Shown piece by piece: positions 18,147 through 34,919 of a DNA stretch of 64,000 bases. Source of the DNA: Eledone cirrhosa (Eukaryota); NCBI GenBank assembly GCA_964016885.1, contig CAXHJY010000343.1, forward strand, positions 1 to 64,000, given 5' to 3'. Made by a program: the position numbers and the translations under genes. Below the pieces are notes generated by a model. That model was not told where the DNA came from. It saw only the letters and a list, made by a program, of their open reading frames with translations, and did not search any database. How positions within the stretch are numbered: position 1 is the first letter of the stretch; each line of letters begins with the position of its first letter.

Positions 18147-20271
18147 TCAAGGCGGTTGATTTATCGTAGGAGTGTCAATCCAGTTACAGATCAGATGCGA
18201 TTTCAGATGAGGACAGCATCTGAAGATCTCAGTCTTAGAGTTAAGGCAAGCGGAAGTGTCTCTCAAGTTTAGCAAAATCCTATACTTTTCTGTGGTACAC
18301 AAAGAACAATTCTTTGTGCCCCTTTGGTACTCCCTCGAATGGTCTAATATAGACCAATCAATAGAGTACGGGATATTACTATCCTTGAGATCCCATACCT
18401 TACTTGCGAGGGCCGTTGATGTTCGTTTATCTGAGTGTTTAAAAGAAGCGACATGTGAGTAAAATCTGGTTTTAAACCTGTCCTGGGTCATACCGACATA
18501 TCGCTCGCTTCTGGCTGGCTGGTTGTTGATAACTGGCGTTATTTTAGCCTCATAAACGACAGATTTTGTGTTACATTTACCCTGCAATGGGCATTCATCC
18601 GGCTTCCTGCAACTGCATCCTGGATTTATCCTCGTACGGTTTGAACTGGTGATTTTGGATTTCATGGATGGACAACAAGAGTAGCTGATCTTAACTACAT
18701 TCCTATTAAAAATCTTATAATATCTATGAATAGGAGGAAAATGTTTGTCTAATAGTTCAAGGAATTTCCTTCCTACATTAGTTTTGACATTTAGAGAGAA
18801 GGGGGGTGTGAACCAAATAATCTTCCTTTTCCTGTTATTATGGTTAGTTTTAGGGGGGGGGGAGTAGGTAAATAAGAAATATTTTCTGTAAAACCGCTGT
18901 TCTTAAGGGCTTTATTATAATACGGGGCGGCTTTATTAAAAATGTCTATAGACGAAGATAAAGTAGAAATCCTACGGCTAATGTTAGGAATAAGATTATT
19001 AAAAACTATAGGGGGATGGCAAGACTCTTTGTGTATATACCTAAGATTATCATTAGGTTTATGGTAGGGTTTAAAAGAGGCAGTAAGTAGATCAAGATTA
19101 ATATCAAGAAAGTTAGCATTAGTAAGGTTCGTATCTATAGTAATTTTAAGGTTAAGATTAGCAAAGGTACTAATTAAATCTTTACGGAATTTATCAAGAT
19201 TATGGCCATTGGTGGTATGAGAAACTGCTAATCCGTCATCACGGTATAAACCGATATTATGGGACGGAAATTTCTCTTTGAGTGTGTGGAGAAGGAATAA
19301 TCCTACTAAGTCGCACACATCCGCACTGTCATAAGAACCCATTGCAACATCGAAAGAGTTTTCAGGGTTTGACTTTTTAACCCAAATATTATCATTAGTA
19401 AAAAGTAAAGTTTTTCTGGCATGAAAGATAATGTCCTCTTCTAATTTGGAGATATTAATGAAGGGTCTTGCAAAATCTAAGGCTTTAGTTAATAAGGAAA
19501 CGGTAATAGAAGGGTAAAAATCGACAATATCAAATTGCGTAAATCTACACTTATTTTTACCTTGTATATTATTGAACCAAGAGATAACAGAGGAAGTATT
19601 TAGCCACTGTGAAAGGACAGTGTTAGTTCTAATTTGGAGAATTATTTTTCTTAAGATTTTCTTACTAGCAAGGCCAACCTCGGATTTAGCCGGGTTAATC
19701 AGTCTACAACTAGGTCGATTAGTAAAGTCCAATTTATGGTCTTTAAGGGTAATATATGCTTTACGCTTAGCTAAGCTTTCAATCCGGTTATCTATTTGTA
19801 AAGAACTGGCTAGTTCTTTAGCTTCTTTATTGATAGTATTGTAGCTATTATTATTAGTTAATTGATATTTATTGGTAATACTATTAGTTAAAAGTTGGTT
19901 ATACAAATTACTATTAACTTCAAAGAGGTTTTTGGTTTTATCAGAAAGAACGAAAGTGTTTGTAGAATTTCTAAAATTAGAGATATCGTGAGAAAGTTTA
20001 GTTTGAAAATTATTATTGTACTTACGAAATTTGATATCACTAATTAGATTAACGAGGTCTAATTCGAAGTTGGCCATGTCTTTAATTCTAGGTGGATATT
20101 TACGGGATTTAATGTCAAAATTATCTTTAGTATCAGTCCATCGTAAACCATTGCCTTCCATCTCATTCTTTTAACGACTTGCTCGATTTTATCAATGAGG
20201 ATTTTGGTGTATGTTGTGTTGGAAGGAGTGGGTATGTTTTTGATAGAATAATCCAAATCATAAAGGTCCAT
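18147..20271 (-). pseudogene. PLE polyprotein (RT + GIY-YIG endonuclease) broken by two frameshifts
   Basis: YSIKNIPTPS..KRMRWKA, QFDIVDFYPSI, AMGSYDSADVCDL, LYRDDG, then CSC..CPLQGKC..VVY..YVG..R..H..CSLC..E..LN..CCPH. Shifts near 20140 and at the G run 18853-18862. Confidence 0.92.
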
Positions 20272-20733
20272 GGTGTATGTTGGTTAAATTCCTGAAAACT
20301 GTAGAGTGCTCAACTAATCGGGCTGGAAAGTGCCAATCGTATATGTAATATCGAATATGCTGCGATCAATCCCGGTTGGAGCTGTATAAATGAAGTAATT
20401 CCATCGGAAATTGTGTATGTGTACGTGTATGTGTGTATATATATATATATATTTATATGTATATATGTGTATATATATATGTGAATATGTATGTATGTAT
20501 ATATGTATATGTATGTGTATGTATGTATATGTTGCGTGTGTTTTTATTTATTTTTATGTATGTGTGGGTTTGTGTGTGGGTGTGTGTGTGTGTATATATG
20601 TGTGTGTGTGTTTGTATTTGGTTGTGCGTTCTTTTGATATATACGTATTTGCATGTGTATAATTGTTTAGCTATGTATGTATATGTGTGTTTACGTATTT
20701 ATATGTGTGTGCGTTTATATTTTTATATTTTTG

Positions 20734-20778
<45 letters not shown>

Positions 20779-21137
20779 GTGTGTGTGTGTGTATATAATT
20801 ACATATACATGTGTGTGTTTATATTGTATACGTGTACGTGTTTGCGTATGTATGTGTATGTACGTGTTTATGTATTTGTATATGTATATTTATGTGTGAG
20901 AGTGTGTGTATGTGTTTACTATTTCGAACGTATGTATATGTGCTTATGTGTGTATTACTTACCACGCGTGTCTGTCCTGTTAGCTGGGGCATGTATCGCT
21001 GTCAAATATTTGTTAATATTATTTATATATTTTTTTCTTATATTTATTTGCGTGTGTTAATATGTAGTGGAGTGCATTCATGTATGTGTATGTATGTACG
21101 TTGTATGTTTGTGTGAATGTATGTATATATGTGTGTG

Positions 21138-21168
<31 letters not shown>

Positions 21169-21325
21169 ATGTATATGTGTATATGTGTGTATATGTATGT
21201 ATATATATATATATATATATATGTGTATGTGTGTGGTGTGTGTGTGTGTGTGTGTGTGTATGAATATATGTATGTGTATATGTGTATGTGTGTGTAGGTG
21301 TACGCTCTTTATATGTATATATATG

Positions 21326-21360
<35 letters not shown>

Positions 21361-21656
21361 GTGTGTATGTGTATATGTGTATGCGTGCAAATTATATGTG
21401 TATATATGTGTGTGTGTGTAAGTATGCTTTTGTGTTTTTTTGTGTGTGTTTGCATGTGTAGTTTTATTTTATTTTATTTTTCCTTTCCTTCTCCCTTTTC
21501 CAGCCTCACTTTCATATAGATTGCATTTTTGTTTTTAGAATCCATATTCAATAAACAAACCAGGATTTTTCATTCTGAGGATTGAAAGCAAAACCTTTTG
21601 CTTTTAAGAAACCACTGGTAAATGGAATAATTGCCTTATGTTGTTTATTACATAAT

Positions 21657-21696
<40 letters not shown>

Positions 21697-22345
21697 TATT
21701 TATATATATATATTTATATATAATATATTTATATATTTATATATAAATATATACATTTAAATATATATACATTTCTTATAATGATTATATATATATTTAC
21801 AAAGATATTTACGTCTCCACATATGAAGAATGAAATAATATTTTCCTTGCTACCTTGAGATATTTTCAATAAAATTGTCATCTTACCTGAGGGAAATATT
21901 TTTCTCGTAGATCAGTTTTCTTTCAACTAATTTCGTATACAATAATATAGCACCTTGTTTAAAGGATAGGACGTTGTAACAACTCTGTTATGTCTACGTG
22001 TATATATATATGTTTATAGCAGTACACGCCCATATTTCTGTTACACATTAATAATTATTACATACATCTACATGACAATTAGGGTGTGCTGAGAGATTAT
22101 GTGTGTGTTTGTGTGAGTGTTTGTATGTGTTAATATATGTGTGCGGTGTGTATGTGCCTTTATATATATATATATATATACACACACACAGAATAATGAT
22201 TCCCAGAATGCAACACTGTTATTGATATATTAGACGAAGGGTGTGGTTAGACAGGATGTGAACGTATGTGTATGTGGGCGATAATGTATGTGTGTGTGGG
22301 CGATAATGTATGTATGTGTATGTGTGTGTGAAAATGTGTGTGAAT

Positions 22346-22392
<47 letters not shown>

Positions 22393-22396
<4 letters not shown>

Positions 22397-22786
22397 CACA
22401 TGGCTTAGTGGTTAGAGCATTGGCCTTGCAATCAAAAGGTTATGAGTTCAATTCTCAGACCGGGTGATGTGTTGTTTCCTTGAGCAAGACACTTTATTTC
22501 ACATTGCTCCAGTTTACTCAGCTGTAGAAATGAGATGATAGGGACTGAGGTCCCTATCATTCCACTGCAAAGTGGTCGTGGAGGTGCCACGGCAAAAAAG
22601 CACCCAGCACTCACTGTAAATGAGGTTGGTGTTAGGAAGGGCATCCAGCTGTAGAAATCAAGCCAGATCAGTTCCTGTATGAGCAAGGCATGGTCAGCCG
22701 ACCAGACACTGCCCACAACAGGACAACCCGTCTAACCCATGCTAGCATGGAAGAACGGACGTAAAACGGTGATGATGATGATGATG
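22393..22786 (+). mobile_element. CORE-type SINE head joined to a LINE-type RTE tail
   Basis: Head matches the 7930 SINE; tail and 3' flank match LINE 15693-15900. Confidence 0.85.
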
Positions 22787-25097
<2,311 letters not shown>

Positions 25098-27203
25098 TAG
25101 TAAAATATTTAACAAACACACCATTAAATTTTCGTATTCTACATCCTCCAATATTTCCAACATCATTTCTAAACACAACAACAAAATATTAAATACTAAA
25201 TCTCTTCCTTCCAATATTGAATCTCATAATAACAATAATAGTACTCCTGACGTCATTGTAAACCCTAGGCTAACTTCTGTAAACCCAAATGCAACGTCAA
25301 ACACAACTTCGCTAAATGTTCATAATCCAACTCTAAATCAAGAAACTATTATTCCTATTATTCCTATCGCAAACAACTTCTCCAATCCAATTCCTTCTAT
25401 AGATAACACTAGATCACTCATTAATAATCTCTCTAATTGCAACTGCCGCATTAAAAATAAATGTCCTCTCAACAACCATTGCCTCGATAAAAACTTAATT
25501 TATGAATGTAAAATTATAACTAGCACCAACTCCTTCACCTATTTTGGCTCCACTTCCACCTCTTTTAAAGCTCGTCTCTATAATCATCATTCATCTTTCA
25601 AATACAAACTTAAAAGAACTAACACTGCTCTCTCAGAACTCATATGGTCCTTAAAAGACAAAAACATTAAATATAACATCTTTTGGAAAAAGATTTCTTC
25701 TGCATCCTCGTACTTGAACAGTTCTCTATCTAAAATCTGTAATCTCTGCCTAAATGAAAAATTTACCATTATCTCTAACCTAGAATCCATAATAAATAGA
25801 CGCTCGGATTTGTTTTCCATCTGCCTGCATAAATTCCATAGAACTTTTCACAAAGTATACAGTTAATATTCAATTCTTTATCAATTTAGAATCTTTTCTC
25901 AAAGGCACATATACATACACCTCTTTAAAATATACCCATCTACCTTACTTTAAAGGGCATTATACACTCTATAGTACTCGTTTACTCATTTACCTCATCC
26001 TATCTTCTCGTAAAACAATAACATTTGTTTTTGACATTTTGAATATTCATCCGCAATCATTATTATTTTTTTTCCCTCTATCATAAATCTTTTTAATCTC
26101 AATTTCATCCTTAATTTATTATTATATATTTTTTTTAATATATACTCATATATTCTTTAAAATATACCCATCTACCTTACTTTAAAGGGCATTATACACT
26201 CTATAATACCCGTTTACTCATCACCCTCATTATATCTCCTCGTAAAACAATAACATTTGTTTTTGACATTTTGAGTATTCATCCGCAATCATTATTATTT
26301 TTTCTCTCTATCATAAATCTTTTTAATCTCAATTTCATCCTTAATTTATTATTATTTTTTTCTCCCCATCAACGAACTCATTATTAATACATATGAATTC
26401 AATATAAAAACTTTAACTTCACATTATTTTTCTCAAATCCTATACATAAACTTTTTCTCTTTGCTATTTTTAAAATTCCTACATTTCTCCTTTTGAATAT
26501 TCACCCACAATTATTATTTTTTTTTCTCTCTATCTCCATACATAATCTCCCTTCGTTATTTTTTTCTCTCTATCTCCATACATAATTTCCCTTCGTTAAT
26601 TTTCAAATTCCTTTAATTTATACATTATCTTCCAACGGTTCCCAACCTCTCTATATTAAAACATTATATCTTTTTCTCAGTTATAAAAACTATCTCTTTC
26701 TCTCTATCACCCATCTCTCCCTTTCCACCTTCACTCTCATCTCCTCCCCTTTTTTTCATCCTTTCCACCCCCAACCCTCCCTAAATATAATATATTTTTT
26801 CCTCGCACATATCCTCCCTTCGTTAATTTTCAAAATTTTTAATTTATACAGTATCTTCCAACGGTTTTCAACCCCTCTATATAAAATATATCTCCTCTCT
26901 GTTATAAAAACTATCTCTTTCTCTCTATCACCCATCTCTCCCTCTCATCTCCTTCCCTTTTCATCCTTTTCTCTCCCCCCCTCTCTAAATAAAATATTTT
27001 TCCCAATATCACACATCAATCTAAAACCACTTTTCATATGTTGATTTAAAACTGCACTATCAACAAGTGTTTTTTTAGCCTTCATATCATGTTCTCCTGT
27101 TTTATCTGATGAAAACACAAATATTATTGTTTGATGATGTTTGTTTTTGAAATGCGCATAATAAAATATATTGAACTCCTTTAACCATCTTTTGATCTTA
27201 TAT
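25098..27203 (+). mobile_element. 5'-truncated PLE (second family): GIY-YIG end plus long 3' region with internal duplications
   Basis: 25098-25866 encodes [47 protein letters not shown]; ~230-bp direct repeat at ~25924 and ~26155. Confidence 0.9.
27100..27166 (+). ncRNA. Hammerhead ribozyme at PLE 3' end
   Basis: TTTTAT-CTGATGA-stem II-GAAA-TGCGCA-TA^ATAAAA. Confidence 0.85.
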
Positions 27204-27773
27204 TACATATACATATATATATACATATACATATATATATACATATACATATATATATACATATACATATATATATACATATACATATATATATACATAT
27301 ACATATACATATACATATATATATACATATACATATATATATACATATACATATATACATATATATATATACATATACATATATATACATATATATACAT
27401 ATACACATATATATATACATATATACATATATACATATATACATATATATATACATATATATATACATATATATATACATATATATATATACATATATAT
27501 ATACATATATACATATATATATACATATATATATATACATATATATATACATATATATATATACATATATATATACATATATATATATACATATACATAC
27601 ATATATATACATATACATACATATATATATACATATATACATATATACATATATACATATATATATACATATATATATATACATATACATACATATATAT
27701 ATACATATATATCATCATCATCATTTAACGTCCATCTTCCATACTAACACGGAATATATATATATACACACAT

Positions 27774-27807
<34 letters not shown>

Positions 27808-28302
27808 TTATATATATATATTTATATATAATATATTTATATATATATATTTATATATAATATATTTATATATTTATATATAAATATATACATTTAAATA
27901 TATATACATTTCTTATAATGATTATATATATATTTACAAAGATATTTACGTCTCCACATATGAAGAATGAAATAATATTTTCCTTGCTACCTTGAGATAT
28001 TTTCAATAAAATTGTCATCTTACCTGAGGGAAATATTTTTCTCGTAGAACAGTTTTCTTTCAACTAATTTCGTATACAATAATATAGCACCTTGTTTAAA
28101 GGATAGGACGTTGTAACAACTCTGTTATGTCTACGTGTATATATATATGTTTATAGCAGTACACGCCCATATTTCTGTTACACATTAATAATTATTACAT
28201 ACATCTACATGACAATTAGGGTGTGCTGAGAGATTATGTGTGTGTTTGTGTGAGTGTTTGTATGTGTTAATATATGTGTGCGGTGTGTATGTGAGTTTGT
28301 GC

Positions 28303-28341
<39 letters not shown>

Positions 28342-28552
28342 GAATAATGATTCCCAGAATGCAACACTGTTATTGATATATTAGACGAAGGGCGTGGTTA
28401 GACAGGATGTGACCGTATGTGTGTGTGGGCGATAATGTATGTATGTGTGGGCGATAATGTATGTATGTGTAGGGGATAATGTATGTGTGTGTGGGGGATA
28501 ATGTATGTGTGTGTGTGTGTGTGTGATAATGTAGGCACCATATACACACACC

Positions 28553-28586
<34 letters not shown>

Positions 28587-28615
28587 TATATATTTATATC
28601 CACACGTACACACAT

Positions 28616-28658
<43 letters not shown>

Positions 28659-28847
28659 CACATAAATACATGTATATATATATATATATATATATCACTA
28701 TGTACACACATACACACATATATATATAGACATAATTATACATACACATACACCGCATACATAAATATACCTACACATGCATATATACACATACATACGG
28801 AAAGAAACTGTGTTTAAGAGGGATAAGTTCTGGTGGGGGGGGGGGGG

Positions 28848-29100
28848 CTGAGGCGATATGGACATGTGATGCACATGGAGAATGACCGCTGGGTAAAGAA
28901 GTGCCAAGAAATCGCAGTGGAAGGAAGACGCAGTAGAGGAAGACCACGAAAAACATGGGCGGAGGTGGTGAGAGCAGATCTCAGATCACTGAAACTCACC
29001 GAGGAGATGACAAAGGACCGTGACAAGTGGAGGGATGCTGTGCTGAAAAGGACCCATGCCACCTTTGCAGGGAAAAGTGAACATAAAGTGATGATAATGA
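28848..29100 (+). mobile_element. RTE 3' fragment of a different subfamily
   Basis: LRRYGHVMHM..GRPRKTW..DRDKWR, (GAT)n-like tail. Confidence 0.8.
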
Positions 29101-29216
29101 TACATATACTTAGATATACACACACACACATACACATACACACACACGCACAAACACATATATATATATATACACATACATACACACACAGATATATATA
29201 CACATATATATATATA

Positions 29217-29248
<32 letters not shown>

Positions 29249-29250
<2 letters not shown>

Positions 29251-29808
29251 GGAACGAGTAGGACCCCGACGGCTGAGCTCAAGCCGTTTCGACGGCTAAT
29301 TCTGGACTAAATGAAAATGTTTATCCTGGTACATGAATAGCCGAGCTTCTCAGGGGGTAATTCCATATATGGTAAAAGTGATTCTCACAAGGATTGGTCA
29401 AGAGTTTGTTGTTGAGACACATAATTCTATCATGGCAATTTGTGAAAGGAAGGGGTAGCTGGACCTGCCAGTAGAAGAAAGAGGGAGAGGGAGGGGAGGA
29501 ATCCCAGTCGTGCGTTGATAGTGCCAACTACAGCGGGATCCTAAGGGCAGGGGGTGAAGAAAGTATACTAGGGAGGGGGAGGAAGTAGAAACAGTAAGTA
29601 AATCAATATGGAGTAAATATATAGAAGAATAATAAGAATGTTAAAAATATAAAAAAACAATTTCTTGTTACTATTCCCTTACCACAATCATCAAGTCTCT
29701 CACTGGTACTGCTAAACTATAGAAAACTCGTTCCTATTACCCACTCTACTACCCTAAGTATTGAGTACTTTGGTGCGTTATGGTCCATCTGGTTCCTTAC
29801 CACATTTC
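29249..29808 (-). mobile_element. Family F element with candidate HHR (29263-29358) and inverted terminal piece (29725-29808)
   Basis: Minus strand ACCCC-CTGAGAA-GCTCGGCTA..TAGCCGTC-GAAA-CGGCT TGAGCTC AGCCG-TC^GGGGT. Confidence 0.65.
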
Positions 29809-29813
29809 CCTTC

Positions 29814-31300
29814 CAGCAAGGTTAGAATTAACAACGAATATAGTGAAGAGTTTAGCGTAAAAGTTGGTGTTCATCAGGGCTCTGTTCTTAGCCCCCTACT
29901 ATTTATTATTGCCCTTCAGGCTATAACAGTGGAGTTCAACACCGGCTGCCCATGGGAACTCCTATACGCAGATGATCTAACACTCATAGCTGAATCAATG
30001 GCCGAGCTAGAGAAGAAATTCCAAACATGGAAGCACAGCCTAGAATCAAAAGGCCTTAAAATTAACCTGGCTAAGACTAAAGTTCTAGTTTGTAAGAAAG
30101 AAAATAAGGCGGCGGTCCCTTCTGGGAAATGGCCATGCTCAGTGTGTAGGAAAGGCGTAGGTAGAAACTCCATTTATGTCCCAAATGCAAAGTATGGGTG
30201 CATAAAAGATGTAGTGGGATCACAGGTAAGCTAACTAAGAATATAGATTTTACATGGGGCCGGTGTTCTGGGGCAATAAGTAGCAGCAAGTGCCCACAAA
30301 ATACTAGCTCTTTCAATTGCGCAGAGGGTTCTATAGAAATAGTGGACAGCTTCCGTTACCTGGGTGACAAAATCAGCAGTAGGGGAGGGTGCTCTGAAAG
30401 TACAGTAGCTAGAGTCAGAACTGGATGGGAAAAGTTCAGAGAGCTTATACCACTATTAGCCGCTAAAGGGTTCTCCCTAAAAATGAAAGGCAGGTTGTAT
30501 GATGCCTGCATACGAACACCAATGTTGCATGGCAGTGAGACCTGGGCATTGTGTGCAGAGGATATACGTGACTAGAGAGGAACGAAGCTTGCATGCTCCG
30601 CTGGATATGTAATAGTAATATACGCGAACGGCAAAGCATAAACAAACTAAGGGAAAAATTAGAAATAAGAGGGATCAGATGTTGTTTAGTCGAGAGAAGG
30701 CTACGTTGGTATGGACAAGTGATGCGCATGAAAGACGACAGCTGTATAAAAAAGTGCAGGGCGATAAAGATAGACGGTAGCCACGGAGTAGGCAGACCCA
30801 GAAAAACCTAGGACGACTTGATAAATTCCGACCTTACACACTTACACCTCTCCAAGACAATGTCACTGGACCAAGATCTTTGGCGGCACTCAGTAAAAGA
30901 GAAGACCCGCCTTACCTGAATACAAAGTAAAACCTACTACAGTCAGTAGGCATCTCTAAAAAAACACACCCCCGTCCCACCACCCCCACCACATCCACAA
31001 AACCCCTTTCGATGTAAAGTTATGTTGGTACCACAACATCCAGTCCGAAACAAATGAGGTTGTGTAGGTGTCACGACAAAAAAACACACAGTCCAGGCTG
31101 TAATGTGGCCGTGTAGGCAACACGGTAAAAACCTCCCAGTCCCACACTGTAAATGTGATTGGTGTTAGGAAGGGCATCCAACTGTAGAAAACCCGCCAGA
31201 CAGTCCTATGCGAGCAAGACAATCACTCTTGCCTCAAGTGGGAAAACTCCCGTCCAAACCCATGCAAGCGTGGAACATGGACGTTAAACGATGATGATGA

Positions 31301-31303
<3 letters not shown>
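29814..31303 (+). mobile_element. 5'-truncated, frameshifted RTE LINE
   Basis: GVHQGSVLSPLLF, LLYADD, RRLRWYG, (GAT)n tail. Confidence 0.92.
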
Positions 31304-31339
<36 letters not shown>

Positions 31340-31401
31340 TGAGTGTGTTCTGTTATTATTTCTGGCAATATTATTACAACAATATGACCCTCCCCAAGTA
31401 T

Positions 31402-31438
<37 letters not shown>

Positions 31439-31552
31439 TATATTGCTTTAGAACTGCTGGACTAGCAACCTAACAGATACCTCAGGCACAGAGGATGATG
31501 ATTATTGCTAAATGATGTTGGTTAGATTATCGATATTAGTATTATTGGGGCA

Positions 31553-31678
31553 CCCACTGATGAATTATAGGAGCCCACTTGAATATTATCTGTTGATCCT
31601 ATACAAGCTCCTACATAAATTGGTATAATTTCACCCAAATTGTAGGAATCCTATAATGAAACGAGACATCCGTCTGGG
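31553..31678 (+). ncRNA. Hammerhead ribozyme with large branched stem II inside a ~410-bp insert (31443-31853) in (TA)n
   Basis: CCCA-CTGATGA-ATTATAGGA...TCCTATAAT-GAAA-CGAGACATCCG-TC^TGGG. Confidence 0.8.
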
Positions 31679-31850
31679 AAGAGATATATTCGATATGTCT
31701 CATATGAAATAATACAGCCAATTTTCCCCGCAATACATTTAGTTAGCACCCCGAACGCATAATTAGGAATATAATCACTTATTTCCTAATGTTTGTTGAG
31801 TGAGTTGGAATTTGGCCGGAGTATCGCTAAAAAAGCTTTCTCCGATATTG

Positions 31851-31900
<50 letters not shown>

Positions 31901-31930
31901 TATATATATATATGCATATATATATATATG

Positions 31931-32368
<438 letters not shown>

Positions 32369-33050
32369 CAAATCATAAATTATCGAGATTCGCATTTCGG
32401 CCCACGAAATAACGAAAAACAACCTCCGACATGTGTGGCAAGTGCTCAATGATTCAGGTGAACCAGAGCTATAACAAACGTTAAAGGCCAAACACACTGA
32501 GACGATGGTTAAACAATCATTCGCATAGCCCAAAAAAAAACGATCAAGTAATTCGGGTATTGAGAATTTACCCGGACCCCTAGAAGGTTGGTAAAATCCA
32601 GTATATGGGTTTCTGCGGCTCCTAAATCAAGTACCGTCCGCTTACATAAATAATGTCAGGCTTCTGGTAAGATGATTGAACAAGGAAGCCACTTTCTCAA
32701 CAGGTTTTAGTTCAATGTTAATACAAGGACTGACTATTACTGACCCCACGTGGGGATCGGCAAAGGAGGCAACCCCTATATCAGGTGAATGAATTCAGTT
32801 GTGTATATTTTTGCAAGAATGCAAAAACATCACAAATCGAATAGAGTTCTCAACAGAAGGGTTAAAATTAACATAAGCTATTCAGCAGTCAATAGAATCA
32901 ACTAAAATATCAAGAAAATTAACTGGTCAATAGCTAGAGTCTGGAGAATAATACAAACATAAATTATCGAGATTTGTATTTCGGCCCACGAAATAACGAA
33001 AAACAACCTCCGAGATGTGCGGGAAGTGCTCAATGATTCGGATGATTCAG
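32369..33050. mobile_element. Unclassified insert with ~95-bp terminal direct repeats, in (TA)n
   Basis: 32369-32465 repeats at 32954-33050; related inverted sequence at 40255-40345. Confidence 0.6.
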
Positions 33051-33076
33051 ATATATATATATATATATAAAAATAT

Positions 33077-33280
33077 AACGAAGGAAATGTGGTAAGGAAC
33101 CAGGTGGACCATAATGCACCAAAGTACTCAATACTTAGGGTAGTAGAGTGTGTAATAGGAACGAGTAGGACCCCGACAGCTGAGCTCAAGCCGTTTTGAC
33201 GGCTAATTCTGGACTAAATTTTAGTCCAGAATTAGCCGTCGAAACGGCTTGAGCTCAGCCATCGGGGTCCTACTCGTTCC

Positions 33281-33283
<3 letters not shown>
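33077..33283. mobile_element. Family F fold-back copy (hairpin 33155-33283 centred on 33219)
   Basis: attctggactaaa T tttagtccagaat palindrome; similar fold-backs at 39819-40041 and 48640-48862. Confidence 0.75.
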
Positions 33284-33336
<53 letters not shown>

Positions 33337-33716
33337 TACATACATATATATATATATAAATGGAATAGAATGAAACGAAATTTCATTTCTCACTCTTAGT
33401 ACGGCACTTACTTAAATGTAAGTATGTATACGTACATACATATATGTATACAGACGTACAGTAGTATGTATATATATACATACATGCACACATATATATA
33501 TGCACGTATCGGTTTACCAAACATTTATTATAATGCTCGGTTTGTTTGTTTGTAAACCGATACATACAGGTATATATATATATGTATATATATATATGTA
33601 TATGTATATATATATACATACATACAGGTATATATATATATGTATATATATACATACATACAGGTATATATATATATGTGTATATATATACATACATACA
33701 GGTATATATATATATG

Positions 33717-34012
33717 GAGGCACATGCCTTAGTGGTTAGAGCATTGGCCTTGCAATCGAAAGGTTGTGAGTTCAATTCTCAGACCGGGTGATGTGTTGTT
33801 TCCTTGAGCAAGACACTTTATTTCACATTGCTCCAGTTTACTCAGCTATGGAAATGCAAAGTGGCACCCAGCAAAAAAGCACCCAGCACTCACTGTAAAT
33901 GAGGTTGGCGTTAGGAAGGGCATCCAGCTGTAGAAATCAAGCCAGAATCAGTTCCTGTCCCACCCTTGCAAGCAGGGAAAAAGCGGACGTAAAATGAAAT
34001 GTATGAAATGAA
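33717..34012 (+). mobile_element. CORE-type SINE with RTE tail (internal deletion)
   Basis: Homologous to 7930-8268. Confidence 0.85.
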
Positions 34013-34919
34013 ATACATATATATATACATACATACAGGTATATATATATTTACATATATATATATGTATATATATATACATACAGGTATATATATATTT
34101 ACATATATGTATATATACATACAGGTATATATATATATACAATCATCACCGTTTTACGTCCGTTCTTCTACGCTAGCATGGGTTAGACGGAAAGAAGATT
34201 GAAACCCTACCCCCCAATCTATACATACATAAAGCATGCATAGATACACTACTATTACCCACACGGCCACCTACAGACCAATATATATGTATATATATAC
34301 ATACAGGTATATATATATATGTATGTATGCTTTGTCTGTAAATCCGTGTCACAGATTACAGTTAAATTTATCATAACACCTCAATGAAGATAGATAAAAG
34401 GTGACATATATTTTCAACTTGCTGAATGACAGGCGTTGCCTGGGTTTTTTGCTTTTCTTATTCAGATTAGTAAATAATAACTATGAAGATAGATTTTTTT
34501 TCTCATAAATATTTCAAAATATCTCTATTTTATAAAAAAAACATCAAAATTTTAATAATAGAATTTAGAAATGAAAATCTGTGAATGTTGTAGCAGCTAA
34601 AGTGAGTGCAATTTCCTATTATTTGGCAAATAGAAGACATGACCTTCCCCAAAAATAACAATAACTGAACAATTGAATTGCATCATTTGTGAACCAGAAT
34701 TACTGGTTCTACAACATAACATAAATGTCATATATATATTTATATAGACACACATACACACCCTTAGACCGATGGGATTTGAACTCAGAAATTAAAAGGT
34801 TGTAACTCTATGCCACTAAATATGTTGTCTGATGCTCTACCATTTACTGCTACCGCCCATCATAACAGTAATAATAATGTGTATCTCCATATATATATAA
34901 ACATATATATATATATCCT

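Larger units (their letters stand above)
16178..21657 (-). mobile_element. Near full-length Penelope-like element: RT + C-terminal GIY-YIG, 3' pLTR and inverted pLTR copy at the 5' end
   Basis: 20411-21657 is the inverted copy of ~16250-17485; aaatgaagtaattccatcggaaa occurs at 16178 and 20388; HHRs in the pLTR. Confidence 0.92.
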
